A DNA stretch of 64,000 bases from Eledone cirrhosa (Eukaryota), in the NCBI GenBank assembly GCA_964016885.1, contig OZ024757.1:42594001-42658000 (forward strand), in the 5' to 3' direction. A model generated the notes under the pieces. That model was not told the origin of the DNA. It searched no databases and saw only the letters and a program-made list of their open reading frames with translations. The translations under genes were made by a program, and so were the position numbers. This document shows, one piece after another, positions 19,710-64,000 of the stretch (its first letter is position 1; every line of letters begins with the position of its first letter).

Positions 19710-21550
19710 ATCATCATCATCACCGTTTTACGTCCGTTCTTCCATGCCAGCATGGGTTAGACGGGTTGTCCAGTCGGCTGACCTTGTCTTACTCATACAG
19801 GAACTGATTTTGGCTTGATTTCTACATGTTGTCTATACGCTTCAGCTTTGGCTTGTTCCTGGGAGGGTCAGATCTTCTGTATTACTGCGGGACGCCAGAG
19901 GTCATGGTCGTGTGTCATTGCTCTTGAGAGGTGCAATTGGGTAAGGTCGTCCTTTATCACCTCATCCCAGGTCTTCTTGGGTCTCCCCAGTCCGCGGCTT
20001 CCATCAAATTTTAGTGCTCTGCACCTTCTTATGCAGCTGTCATCCTTCATACGCAACCGCCTCTCCTGTACACAGCATTTGGTTCCTCTTATGCACAGTC
20101 TCTTTCTCAATTCGTTAATACTTTGCTGTTCGCGTATATTACTATTACACATCCATCGGGGCATGCAAGCTTCGTTTCTTTCTAATCTGCGCAAGTCTTC
20201 TACAGACAGCGCCCAGGTTTCACTTCCATGTAACATTGCTGTTCGTATACACGCATCATACAGCCTGCCTTTCATTTTGAGGGAAAAGCCTTTTGCAGCT
20301 AGCAGTGGCAGTAGCTCCCTGAACTTCTTCCATCCCGGTCTTACCCTAGTTATTGTATTTTTCGAACACCTACCTCCGCTGCTAATTCGGTCACCTAGGT
20401 AACAAAAGCTGTCTACTGTTTCTACAGAGCCCTCCCAGAGTTTGGTGGTGCTTGTTTCCTGTGGTCGTGTGCTGCTTGCTGTCCCAGCACAGCTGCTACA
20501 TATGAAGCCTTCATTCTTAGTTAAGCTTCCTGAGATCCCGCTACATCTCTTGTGTACCCATTGTTTGCATTTGGGGCAGAGAATGGAGTTCCTATCTACA
20601 CCTTTCCTACATACTGAGCAAGGCCATTTCCCTGAGGGAATCTGGGTTCTGTTTTCTCGTTTACTTACAAGAACTTTAGTCTTTGTCAGGTTGACTTTGA
20701 CGGCCCTTCTCTCGAGTCCCTGCTTTCATGTTTGGAATTTCTTCTCTAGTTCTACCATGGATTCAGCTATAAGTGTGAGATCATCCACATACAGGAGTTC
20801 CCATGGGCATCCTGTCATAAACTCCTCCGTTATTGCCTGCAGAACTATGATGAACAGGAGAGGGCTAAGAACAGAGCCCTGGTGGACACCGACCTGTACG
20901 CTAAATTCCTCGCTACACTCATTGCTAATCCTAACTTTGCTGACTGCTCCCCTATACATGGCTTGTACTGCTTTCACAAGCCATTCATCTACTCCGAATT
21001 TTCTAAGAGCCCACCAGATTATAGCACTGTGGATTCTGTCGAAGGCTTTTTCCAGATCGACGAATGCCAGGTAGAGCGGCTTACTTTTAGCTAGGTACTT
21101 TTCCTGTAACTGACTCACAAGGAAGAGGGCATAAATGGTACCTCTTCCTGGTACAAACCCAAATTGCATCTTATCTAGTTTCACCCAGTCCCTAATCAAC
21201 TGTGCTATAACTCTTTCTGTTACTTTCATGACCTGGTCCATCAGCTTTATACCTCTATAGTTTCCTCTATCTAGTGCATCACCTTTACCCTTGTAGCAGT
21301 TGACAATGATGCTACTGCACCAATCCTTTGGTATGACACCTAATATTACCTGGTTAACAATACGTGTGCTTATGGTGACCCAGATACCTTTGGCATCTCG
21401 GCAGCTATGGACCGGTTGCCTTCCCCATCTTGTCCAGTCGGCTGACCTTGTCTTGCTCATACAGGAACTGATTTTGGCTTGATTTCTACATGTTGTAGAA
21501 ATCAAGCCAAATGGATGGACCGGTTGCCTTCCCCATCTTCATATCTTTGA
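19710..21550 (-). mobile_element. RTE LINE family B-like fragment
   Basis: ORFs 20726-21505 and 19868-20275 with RT motifs; internally deleted tail. Confidence 0.92.
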
Positions 21551-21631
21551 TTAAGTATATGTATATATATATATAAGTATATGTATATATATATATATAA
21601 GTATATGTGTATATATATAAGTATATGTGTG

Positions 21632-21663
<32 letters not shown>

Positions 21664-22031
21664 AGTATATGTGTATATAAGTATATGTGTGTATATATAT
21701 ATATATATAAGTATATGTATATATATAAGTATATGTATATATATAAGTATATGTATATATATAAGTATATGTATATATATAAGTATATGTATATATATAA
21801 GTATATGTATATATATAAGTATATGTATATGTATAAGTATATGTATATGTATGCATAACTATATGTATATATATGCATAAGTATATGTATGCATAAGTAT
21901 ATGTATGTATGTATATATATATATATACATATATATACATAAGTATAGGAGAAAGTATGACCCCGACGGCAGAGCTCAAGCCGTTTCGACGGCTATTTCT
22001 GGACATATTTGTATATATATATATACGTATG

Positions 22032-22064
<33 letters not shown>

Positions 22065-22734
22065 ATGCTAGCGTGGAAGATAGACGTTAAACAATGATGA
22101 TATATATGTGTGTGTGTTGCCAGTTGGTGAATAATGCTAATTACTTTCTCCTTTACAACACTCAATGATTTGATGTGAAATGGATAATCAATAATATATA
22201 TATATATATATATACATACATGTGTGTGCCTAAATCAATACTCGCATTTATCCTATACTGACTATATATTACAGGGTGTATATATTGCAAAAAGAGAATT
22301 TGTGAGCTGTTGTCACATGTTTCACAAAAAACATCTCTGAGCTTTTTATTACTTACAGTCTGTGACATTCTCTTCTTCTTCTTCTTCGTTTTCGTCTTCG
22401 TCTTCTTCAAAACTAATCATTTTGTTGGGTTCTTTCTAAACTGATTGAACTACATTGATGATCAAGTGTGAAATATGTTATATGTGATTAATTAAAACAT
22501 TGTCATTATTATCATTTAAGGGCAGTGGATTGGCAGAATCGGTAGAACATCGGACACCATGCTTTGTAGCATAAAGTTATGGGATCGATAAAATAAAGTA
22601 CCAGTAATGTACTGGAGTTGATTTAATCGACTTTCCCTCCCCACCAAAATTGTTGGCTTTGTGCCTAAATCAGAAACCTTTATTATTATTTCTGCTTTAA
22701 TGCCCATTTTTCCATATATATATATATATATATG

Positions 22735-23790
22735 ATGTGGCCGGTGCTCTGGTGCAATAAGTAGCAGCAAGTGCCCACAAAATACTAGCTCTTTCAATTG
22801 CGCAGAGGGTTCTATAGAAATAGTGGACAGCTTCCGTTACCTGGGTGATAAAATCAGCAGTGGAGGAGGGTGCTCTGAAAGTACTGTAGCTAGAGTCAGA
22901 ACGGGATGGAAAAAGTTAAGAGAGCTTATACCACTATTGGCCGTTAAAGGGTTCTCTCTAAAAATGAAAGGCAGGCTGTATCATGCATGCATACGAACAG
23001 CAATGTTGCATGGCAGTGAGACCTGGGCATTGTGTGCAGAGGATATACGCAGACTAGAGAGGAACGAAGCTTGCATGCTCCGCTGGATGTGTAACAGTAA
23101 TATACGTGAACGGCAAAGCATAAACGAACTAAGGAAAAAATTAGAAATAAGAGGGATCAGATGTTGTTTACGCGAGAGAAGGCTACGTTGGTATGGACAC
23201 GTGATGCGCATGACAGACGACAGCTGTATAACAAAGTGCAGGGCAATAAAGATAGACGGTAGCCACGGAATAGGCAGACCTAGAAAAACCTGGGACGAGC
23301 TGATAAACTCCGACCTCACACACTTACACCTCTCCAAGACAATGTCACTGGACCGAGACCTTTGGCGGTACTCAGTAACAGAGAAGACCCGCCTTACCTA
23401 AATACATAGTAAAACCTACTACAGCCAGTAGGCATCTCTAACAAAATACACCCCCGTCCCACCACCACCACCCCATCCACACCACCCCGTTCTATGTAAA
23501 GTTATGTTGGTGCCACACCATCCAGGCCGAAACAAATGAGATCGTGTAGGTGTCACGACAAAAAAACACACAGTCCACGCTGTAATGTGGCCGTGTAGGC
23601 AACACGGTAAAAACCTCCCAGACCCACACTGTAAATGTGGTTGGTGTTAGGAAGGGTATCCAACTGTAGAAAACCTGCCAGACAGTCCTATGCGAGCAAG
23701 ACAATCACTCTTGCCTCAAGTGGGACTACCCCCGTCCAAACCCATGCAAGCGTGGAACACGGACGTTAAACGTTGATGATGATGATGGTG
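22735..23790 (+). mobile_element. RTE LINE family A 3' fragment
   Basis: ORF 22823-23401 plus 3' UTR ending (GAT)n. Confidence 0.92.
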
Positions 23791-24362
23791 GCTGCCAACT
23801 CGTTTTCGAGTACGGCCACTACTTTATATCCATGTAGGAGAACCCCTACCGATGCGCTTAACAAGTGTGACTTTTTAGTCCAGCCAGCGACTTGAAAATT
23901 CTGGTACAACAACTACACTTGTGACAATTATTGACACATAGTGCTGGGCCCATGGTACCATGTGACGACAAGTGCAGAGAGATCTCCAGATATAAAGCAA
24001 TGCCTGTGCCGTGAAGCTTTTATAGTGAGCAAAGGCACTGCACAAAGCCAGTCACACTCTCTTAACCAAGATGATATTTACCAAAAAGAAGAACAAGTCT
24101 AAATCATTGGATACCATCAAGGTTGCAGGTGTTATATCAGAGTTTTCCTTCTAGAATTCTGCCTTGACAAAGGCTAAGGGGTCATCTCTCCCGGTGATTT
24201 TGGATGGCCATTGACTCTTAAGAGCTCCTTTGCCCTTTGACAGGTTTTGTTTTTAGTCCTGCAGGATGTCCAAAGTCACCCTCCTCACCAAGAAACCTTG
24301 GTCGGGTTGCCAGTTTAGTTGCCAACGACCCGACCATGAGACAGGTTGTACTGGGATACATG

Positions 24363-25190
<828 letters not shown>

Positions 25191-25191
25191 T

Positions 25192-25995
25192 GAACAGCAA
25201 TGTTACATGGCAGTGAGACTTGGGCATTGTGTACAGAGGATCTGCACAGACTGGAGAGGAACGAAGCTTGCATGCTCCGTTGGATGTGTAATAGTATACA
25301 CGAACGGCAAAGCATAAATGAACTAAGTGAGAAATTAGGAATAAGAGGGATCAGATGTTGTTTACTCGAGAGAAGACTATGTTGGTATGGTCACGTGATG
25401 GGCATGAAAGACAACAGAAAAAAGTGCAGGGCGATCAAAATTGATGGTAGTTACGGAGTAGGCAGACCCAGAAAACCTGGGACGATTTGATAATTTCCGA
25501 CCTCACACACTTACACCTCTCTAAGACAACGTCACTGGACCGAGATCTTTGGCACTACGCAGTAATACAGAACCCCCCCCCCCTCCCCTTGCCTAAGTAC
25601 AAAGCGAAACCTACAGTCAGTAGGCACCTCTTAATCAAATATACACCGCCCTCTCATTACCCGAATTCCCCCCACCCCCATCAACACCACCCCTTTCGAT
25701 GTAAAGTTATGTTGGTACCACAACATCCAGTCCTAAATAAATGAGGTCGTGTAGGTGTCGCAACAAAAAAAAAACACACAGTCCACGCTGTAATGTGGCT
25801 GTGTAGGTAACACGGTGAAAACCTCCCAGTTCCACACTGTAAATGTGGTTGGTGTTAGGAAGGGCATCCAGCTGTAGAAAACCCGCCAGACAGTCCTCTG
25901 CGAGCAAGACAACCACTCTTGCCTCAAGTGGGAAAACTCCCGTCTAAACCCATGCTAGTGTGGAAGATAGACGTGAAACAATGATGATGATGATA
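25192..25995 (+). mobile_element. RTE LINE family A 3' fragment
   Basis: [11 protein letters not shown]... ORF remnants and shared 3' UTR. Confidence 0.9.
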
Positions 25996-26232
25996 TATGA
26001 ATATAGGCAATATGCCCCCCCCACTGCAAAGTGGACGTGCTGGCGCCACGGACAAAAGCACCCAGTACTCACTGTAAATGAGGTTGGTGTTAGGAAGGGC
26101 ATCCAGCTGTAGAAATCAAGCCAAATCAGTTCCAGTATGAGCAAGACAAGGTCAGCCGACCTGGCATTGCCTACAACAGGACAACCTGTCTAACCCATGC
26201 TAGCGTGGAAGAACGGATGTAAAACGGTGATG

Positions 26233-26271
<39 letters not shown>

Positions 26272-26311
26272 GTACAAAGAACCAATTGTTGCATCATATA
26301 CATATTTAATT

Positions 26312-26403
26312 ACATATTACATATGTTTCACTGTCGATCAGCTCAAGAAATGATCGATTAATGATCGAACCTGACTCTGGAATTGGACGCTCCTCAGATA
26401 TGC
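26312..26403 (-). ncRNA. Type I hammerhead motif with enlarged stem II (inverted copy at 26426-26517 has a mutated GCA triplet)
   Basis: gcatat-CTGAGGA-(~60 nt)-GAAA-catatg-TA-atatgt. Confidence 0.72.
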
Positions 26404-28065
26404 AGACGTGAGTCTACATGTTTTAACATATCTGAGGAGCGTCCAATTCCAGAGTCAGGTTCAATCATTAATTGATCGTTCCTTGAGCTGATCGACAGTG
26501 AAACATATGCAATATGTAATTAAATATATATATGAAGCAACATTGGTTCTTTGTTCCTTTATATATTAATATTGATACTCTGCTCCCCAAGAGCATTGAA
26601 TGCTCATCTTGGCACAGTGCCTGTGGATGCAATTAATTTGTACCTTCAATACCTATACAAGTTATATAATAAATGTTAATCCTGTGAAATTGTCATAGTC
26701 ATGTTACTTATATTATATATAAACACTCCTGGAATTAGCTTCGTTATGGTTGATCACCACGGAAACACTTCATAAGTGATTCACTTGTTGAATCAAAAAC
26801 TATTGCATGTTTTCATAGTCCTCTAATCTGTAGTGAAGTCAACCTGTGTAGAAGGGCAGTGACTCTGATTAAGAACTACTGCATGGGGCAGATGTAGTCA
26901 AGGCAATCCATGTATGTGAGTAGATATTTTGAATAAAAACTGATATAAGGTGGACAGGACTTTCATGTCGAGTAAGACAACCTCTCCAGTGTTGGTGACA
27001 CAGATAATGCATCCAGTCCACACTATAAAGTGGTTGGTGATAGGAAAGGCATCCAACCAGAAAAGAAAACCTGCCCAAAACTATGAAAAGCACAACGAAT
27101 AAGATAAATACTATTTGTATACATAGGGTTAACATTAGTCCTGATAAAATCATACACAGTAGTGGGGTGACCTGAGTAGGCTTGTGCAATTAACCCCTCC
27201 ACTGACATCATGCAATTTCACAGCCAGGTGCACAGAAATATGATCACAAAAGGGTTAAAGTGTTTATATCTAAAAAGCTTCCATCATAATTTTAAGTACT
27301 TTTGTTGTTAGGTTCCAAACACCAACAGTGTCTTTTGTGACATGTTGTGTGGTGTCATGGTGGGTGGTGTGGTGTCATGGTGGGTTGGTGTGGTGTTGTA
27401 GTGGGGTGGTGGTGTTATGGTGGGGTGTCATGGTGGGGTGGTGTGGCTCTGAGAGAAAACATTGAATCAAATAAATAAATAAAAATATTCTTGTCATGAC
27501 ATAAATGTCAGTGGTTTCTTTAAGACATTTTGATGAGGTGGTGGTGGTGGTGGTGGTTAGAACGTCAGAGAAAATAACTTGTGGTATTTGTTTTGGCCCT
27601 CACTGCTCTCTCAGTTCAAATTCCGCTTAGGTCAACTTTACCTTTTATTCTTTCGAGGTTGACAAAGTACCAATCTTGTACTGAGGTCAATTCTCTCTCT
27701 GGAAGAAATCAGCATATTCACACCTAGGGAGGGGAGGGGCTCAACCAGGTTTAAAATACCCAAAACACTGCGTATGTCACTAGGGTACCCCTACAACAGC
27801 ATTAGAAGTTATGGCTTTATCCACACATAGTTTAGTTGACACAGTTGATGGTATTGTTGGTATTGGTGAATTGAATACAATGGTTATGTTTTAGATTCTC
27901 ACACCTACATACAATACTGGTTACACACGCACACACACATATATAAGGAAAATGATAATAAAAACGGGTTTTAAAAGTGCACTTGGTATATATATATAGG
28001 AAATGTTTTGTTTTCAGTGTTTTATTTTTATTTTCTTTATTCCTCTTGTTTTCTTCCAGACCAAG

Positions 28066-57431
<29,366 letters not shown>

Positions 57432-58930
57432 TGGAGTGAATAGTCACACTCAACACAAACACTCTATACTTACATTCAACGCTAACACTATACACTTACA
57501 CTCAGCACTAACACTCTACACTTACGCTCAACACTTACACTCAACACAAACACTCAGCACAAACACTCAACACAAACACTCAGCACTAACACTCTACACT
57601 TACACTCAACACTAACACTCGACAGGCACACTCAATTCTTGTGCTTTTCATGTTAGAAATAATTTTCCTTGTGTGCCTTAATAAATTCTGAAAGGGCCAA
57701 TTAGTGGTCCTTAAAATGTGTTTCATATCCTATACACTGTGTCTTTTTAAAGGGTTAACATTTTCAAAAGCTTACAAGTTACAATAACTCCATATTAGAA
57801 TTTTAACATTAGATATTATTAGTTTTTAATATCGAGTGGAGGGAAATTTTGTGCAATGGGACCAAGGAGACAATGTTTCCATTGGTTTCTTCCAATTGCT
57901 GATACCGGTCACAACTCTTGGCAGAAAGATTAACGTGCTCAAGGACCACCCGGTCCAGGAGTCAAACTCGCAACCTCATGATTGCAAATCTGATTCTCTA
58001 ACCACTAAGCCTTGCTCCTTCAAAATTAAAAAAAAATATAAATAACTAATTTAGATGCCTTTGAAATTGTGTCCCAAACACAGAAAATAACTGTAACAAC
58101 AGCCAACCACAATAGATAATAGTTGAGAAAATTATTTTCCTAATTTCTGCAGTAAAAATAAAACTTTATTTTTATTTGACATTCTCAGGTGTTTATTTTT
58201 TTAATTGTTGTAGTTTAGTTTTAGTATTAATTTTAAAATTGACGGCGGTAGATTGGCAGTAATAGGTAGAGCGTCAGACAACATGCTTTGTGACATAGAG
58301 TTGCGACCCTTTGCGTACTGAGGTTAAATCTCTGCCAAGCTCAACTTTGCCTTTCATCCTTCCAAAGGTCGAGAAAATAAAGTACCAGTAATGCACTGGG
58401 GTTGATTTAATACTACAAAGAATTTATTATATTTTAAAATCTAACTTTGTATTTTTTATGTTATTTCTCTTGAAATAAAATGTAAAACTGTTGTTGTTGT
58501 TGTTATTTTTTGTTATTCTAGCTGTATATGTATATATATACATAAATAAGTATACAAACAAACAGCAGACAACAAAGGCCACGTACCGTTCCTCTCCGAC
58601 AGATAACTCCCCCCCCCCCCGAAAACCTCCCAGTTGATGGATGCGAATCCGAAATATAGGGACAATTAAATCTCTCCCAAGGTAACTCTATCTCGTGTTA
58701 TTATTTTTATTTTTTACGCTCTTTCCTGTGTTCTCCTACACACTATACATCTCATTCTACATCCTCTTACATCTCTCTCTTCACCACCAGATTCTGTTTC
58801 CCGGAGATTTACCCATCTGCATTGTTGAGGCTTCCAAAACAAAAAAAAAATTTTTTTATTATTCCACAATGCTTCAAGCAAAGTTCAATACTCTCTTATA
58901 AATAAGTATGAATTTAACTATATATACTTA

Positions 58931-58999
<69 letters not shown>

Positions 59000-59152
59000 T
59001 TAAATATATATACTTATATATATGTGTGTGTATTCATATACATATTATATACATATAGTATATATATATATTTGTACATAAAGGTAAACAGAAATAACAC
59101 ATATATATGGAAGGGATATATTAGGTTAACGCTTGATATAGCAGAAAGAGGG

Positions 59153-59188
59153 TCTTAACGTTTCGGACGCTAGTCCTTCATCAGAAGA
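59153..59188 (-). ncRNA. Minimal type I hammerhead motif, same family as 11811
   Basis: tctt-CTGATGA-a-ggac(tagc)gtcc-GAAACGTT-aaga; shared flank AAAGGTAAACAGAAATAACAC. Confidence 0.78.
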
Positions 59189-59256
59189 AAGAATGAGAAA
59201 TAAGATAGATTGAGGGCCTGGGCGGGTTGGAAATGCATATATAAATACATATATAC

Positions 59257-62200
59257 ACTAAATTGCTAAAACAACTCTTTAAATGACTAAAACGACTCTT
59301 TAAATGCATAAAAGAACTGAAAAGGACTAAAACAACTTCTTAAATGGCGAAATGACTTTTTAATTGGCTAAAACCACTCTTTAAAGAGATGTTTTAGTCA
59401 TTTAAAGTGTTGTTTTAGCCATTTGAAGAGTTGTTTTAGCCATCTAAAGAGTCGTTTTTGACCTTTAGAGTCGTTTTAGTCACTTAAAGAGTTGTTTTTG
59501 TCTTTTAAAACGTTTTAATCATTTAAAGAGTTGTTTTAGCAATTTTCAGTTCTTTTATGCATTTAAAGCGTTGATTTGGAAATTTAGCGTTGTTTTAGCC
59601 ATTTAAAGAGTCGTTTTAGCCACTTCGAAGTCATTTTTGTCATTTGAAGGGACGTTTTAGCCATTTAAAGAGAGGTGTTATAATTTAGAGTCGTTTTAGT
59701 CATTTAAAGAGTTGTTTTAGTCGTTTACAGAGGCGTTGCCATCGTTTACAGTCGTTTTAATGATTTAAAGTGTCGTTTTAGCCATTTTCGAGTCGCTTTA
59801 GTCATTTATGGAGCCGTTTTAGCCATTTTAGCGTGGATTTAGCCCTTTTCCAGTCGTTTTAGTCATTTAAGAGTCGTTTTAGCCAAATTAGAGTCGTTTT
59901 AGTAATTTTGTTTCGATTTAGCCATTCTACAGTCGTTTTAGTCATATAAGGAGACGTTTTAGATATTTCTTAACTCATTTGGTCATTCATTTTAGTCATT
60001 TAAGCTGTCGTTTTAGCCATTTTTGTTTCGATTTAGCTATTTTACTGTCGTTTTAGTCATTTAAGGAGCCAGTTGAGAATTTCAGACTCATTTTAGTCAT
60101 TTAAGGTGTCATTTGGGCCATATTAGAGTCATTTTAGTCATTATGGTGCGGTTTCAGCCGTTTTAGCCATTTTAGTGTCGTTTTACTCATTCATGGTGCC
60201 GTTTTAGGCATTGTAAGTCATTTTAGTCATTTAAAGTGTAATTTTAGCCATTTTAGAGTAGTTTTAGTCATTTTAGAGTCATTTTATCATTTAAGGTGTC
60301 ATTTATGGTTCCGTTTCAGTCATTTTAGTGTCATTTTAGCAATTTAAGAGTCCGTTTTAGCCATTTCAGTGTCATTTTAGTTATTCATGATGCCATTATA
60401 GAGTCATTTAAGGTATCATTTTATCCATTTTAGAGTCGTTTTAGTAATTTAATCTCTCGTTTTAGCAATTTTTGTTTCGATTAAGCCATTCTACAGTCAT
60501 TTTAGTCATTTAATAAGCCGTTTTAGCCATTTCAGACTCATTTTAGTCATTCAAGGTGTTGTTTTAAACATTTTAGCGTCATTTTAGCCATTTTAGAGTC
60601 GTTTTAGTAATTATTGTGTCGATTTAGCCCTCTTACAGTCGTTTTAGTCATTTAATGAGCCGTTTTAGCCATTTTAGAGTCAATTTAGCCAAATTAGAGT
60701 CATTTTAGCTCTCATTTTAGGCATTTTACAGTCGTTTTAGTCATTTAATGTCGTTTTAACCATTTTCGAGTCGTTTTAGCCATTTTAGAGTGGTTTTACT
60801 CATTTAAGGAGGGTTTTCAGCCATTTCAGAGTCGTTGCAGTCAATTTAGAGTCATCTTAGTCATTTAAGGTGTTATTTGGGCTCTTTTAGAGTCGTTTTA
60901 GACATTTCAGAGTCAATTTAGTCATTTATGGTGCCGTTTCAGCCATTTTGGTGTCATTCTAGCAATTTAAGAGACCGTTTTAGCTATTTTAGTTTCATTT
61001 TAGTCATTGGAGGTGCCGTTTTAGCCATTATACTCATTTTTGTCATTTAAAGTGTCATTTTAGCCATTTTAGAGTCGTTTTAGACATTTTAGCGTCATTT
61101 TTAGCCATTTCAGAGTGGTTTTACTCATTTAAGAGCTGTTTTATCCATTTGAGAGTCATTTTAGCCATTTGAAAGTCGTTTTACTCATTTGAGGAGTGTT
61201 TTAGCCATTTTAGAGACGCTTTAGCAATTTCAGAGTCCCTTTTCGCCGTTATAGGATCATATTAGCCATTTTAGTCGTTCATGTCATTTTAGTCATTCAT
61301 GGTGCCGTTTTAGCAGTTATAGAGTCAATTTAGTCATTTACAGTGTTGTTTTACCCATTTTTGAGTCGTTTTAGACATTTAAGGAGCCGTTTTAGCCATT
61401 TTAGAGTCATTTTAGCCGTTTTAGACATTTTAGCATCATTTTTAGCCATTTCAGAGTGGTTTTACTCAATTAAGGGGTGTTTTATCCATTTAAGAGTCAT
61501 TTTAGCCATTTGAAAGTCGTTTTACTCATTTGAGGAGTGTTTTAGCCATTTTAGAGATGTTTTAGTAATTTCAGACTCCCTTTTCGCTGTTATAGAGTCA
61601 TTTTAGCCATTTTAGAGTCGTTGTAGTCAATTTAGAGTTATCTTAGTCATTTAAGGTGTTATTTGGGCCATTTTAGTCATTTATGGTGCCGTTTCAGCCA
61701 TTTTGGTGTCATTCTAGCAATTTAAGAGTCCGTTTTAGCCATTTTAGTTTCATTTGAGTCATTCGAGGTGCCGTTTTAGCCATTATAGTAACTTTTGTCT
61801 TTTAAAGTGTCATTTTAGCCATTTTAGAGTCGTTTAGTCATTTAAGCTGCCGTTGTAGCCATTTTTGTTTCGATTTCACCATTCTACAGTCGTTTTAGTC
61901 ATTTAAGGAGCCGTTTTAGCCATTTTAGACATCATTTTAGTTATTTAAGGTGTTGTTTTGGCCATTTTCGAGTCGTTTTAGACATTTAAGGAGCCCTTTT
62001 AGCCATTTTAGAGTCGTTTTACTCATTTAAGGGCTGTTTTATCCATTTGAGAGTCATTTTACTCATTTGAGGAGTATTTTAGCCGTTTTAGAGACGTTTT
62101 AGCAATTTCAGAGTCCCTTTTCGCCGTTATAGAGTCATTTTAGTCATTTTAGAGTCGTTTTAGTCATTATAGTCATTTTAGCCATTTTATAGTGGTTTTA

Positions 62201-64000
62201 CTCATTTAAACTGCCGTTGTAGCCAGTGTTGTTTCGATTTCTCCATTCTACAGTCGTTTAGACATCATTTTAGTCATTTAAGGTGTCGTTTTGGCCATTT
62301 GAGAGTCGTTTTAGTCATTTATGGTGCCGTGTTAGCCATTTCAGAGGCATTTTAGCCATTTGAGAGTCGTTTTATTCATTTAAGGAGTGTTTTAGCCATT
62401 TTACAGACGTTTTAGTCAATTTAGAGTCACCTTCACATTTATGGTGTTATTTGAGCCATTTTAGAGTCGTTTTAGTCATTTCAGAGTCAATTTAGTCATT
62501 TTGGTGTCATTCTAGCAATTTAAGACGCCGTTTTAGACATTTTAGTAATTTCTAATGACGTTTTAGTCATTTTTGATGACGTTTTAGTAATTTATGATGA
62601 CGTTTTAGCCATTTTAGTCATTTATGATGCCGTTTTAGCCATTTTATTGTCATTTTAGTCATTTATGATGCAGTTTTAGCCATTTTGTCGTAATTTCAGT
62701 CATTTATGATAACGTTTGAGCCATCTAAGTGTCATTTTAGTCCTTTTTGATAACGTTTTAGCCATTTTAGTCATTTATAATGACGTTTTAGCCATTTTAG
62801 CAAATTAACAGTCCGTTTTAGCCATTTTAGTGTCATTTTAGTCATTTATGATGCCGTTTGAGACATTTATGATGACATTTTAGCCATTTTAGTCATTGAT
62901 AATGACGTTTTAGCCATTTTATTCATTTATGAAGACGTTTTAGACATTTTATTGTCTTTTTAGTCATTATGATGCGATTTCAGCCATTTTAGCGTAATTT
63001 TAGTCATTTACGATGTCGTTTTAGCCGTTTTAGTAATTTATGATGACGTTTAAGCAATTTTAGAGTAATTTTATTCATTTACGATGTCGTTTTAGCCATT
63101 TTAGTCATTTATGATGATATTTAAGTCATTTAAGTCATTGGTGAAGACGTTTTATCTATTTTAGTCATTTATAATGAGGTTTTAGACATTTTAGAATCAT
63201 TTTAGTCATTTCCGATGAAGTTTTAGCAATTTTAGTCATGATGCGTTTTAGCCATTTTAGTCATTCATGATGACGTTTTAGCCATTTTCGTGTCATTTTA
63301 GTCATTTATGATGCCGTTTTAACCATTTTAGTGTCATTTTAGTCATTTATGATGCCGTTTAAACCATTTTAGTGTGATTTTAGTCACTTATAAATGACGT
63401 TTTAGCCGTTTTAGTCACTTTTGATGACGTTTTAGTCATTTATGATGACGTTTTAGCTATTTCAGAACCATTTTAGACGTTTTAGTCGTTTTAGAGTCAT
63501 TGTAGCTATTTATGATACCGTTTAAGCCATTTTAGAGTCATCAAATGACTAAATTGACTCTAAAATGGCTAAAACGGCATCATGAATTAGTAAAATGGTC
63601 AAAACGACATCATAAATGACTAAAAGTGCTAGAACGTCATCATTAATGACTAAAACGTCATCAAAAATGACTAAAATGGCTAAAACGGAATCATAAATGA
63701 CTAAAATGGCTAAAAAGGCATCATAAATGGCTAAATTGACACTGAAATGGCTAAAACGGCATCATGAATGAGGAAAATGGCTAAAACGTCATAAATGACT
63801 GATACGTCATCTTAAATGACTAAATCGTCATCATAAATGACTAAAATGGCTAAAACAGCATCATAAATGGCTAAAACGCTATTATAAATGACTAAAATGA
63901 CTCTAAAATGGCAAAAAGGCATCATAAATGAGTAAAATGGCTAAAACGTCATCATAAATGTCTAAAACGGCATCATTAATTACTGAGCTGACTCTAAAAT
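59257..64000. repeat. Diverged satellite built on a ~10-11 bp unit (GTCATTTTA / GCCATTTTA / GTCGTTTTA)
   Basis: Continuous array to the window end, with orientation switches at ~59383 and ~63540. Confidence 0.93.

Noticed and set aside
58628-58663. Minimal hammerhead-like GGAT(GCGA)ATCC-GAAATATA-GGGA
   Set aside because: Core reads CAGTTGA (two mismatches); too degenerate to call.

Overview
Eukaryotic, AT-rich, repeat-dense nuclear DNA. The (TA)n seas, RTE-clade LINEs and SINE types suggest a coleoid cephalopod such as an octopod (inference). Three + strand host genes: (1) the 3' end of NSUN6, an RNA m5C methyltransferase (1-415); (2) a complete 6-exon SOSS-B/NABP (hSSB1-like) gene at 3577-10692, 214 aa assembled by hand from GT-AG exons; (3) a GPI-anchored CD109-like thioester-protein (TEP) gene at 28066-57431. 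In the TEP gene the signal peptide, MG1 and C-terminal exons are clean, but most middle exons, including the thioester motif, are not visible. Introns and intergenic DNA are filled by two RTE LINE families with an internal PHD-type finger, tRNA-derived SINEs, Tc1 and DD37D remnants, a Penelope GIY-YIG fragment, minisatellites and a terminal 10-bp-periodic satellite. The most striking unannotated signal is a set of type I hammerhead-ribozyme motifs from at least 7 unrelated sequence families. Several are arranged as head-to-head fold-back pairs next to (TA)n, and some have greatly enlarged stem II domains. Most short ORFs in the supplied track are microsatellite or antisense artefacts. Coordinates were read by eye; repeat boundaries are approximate.
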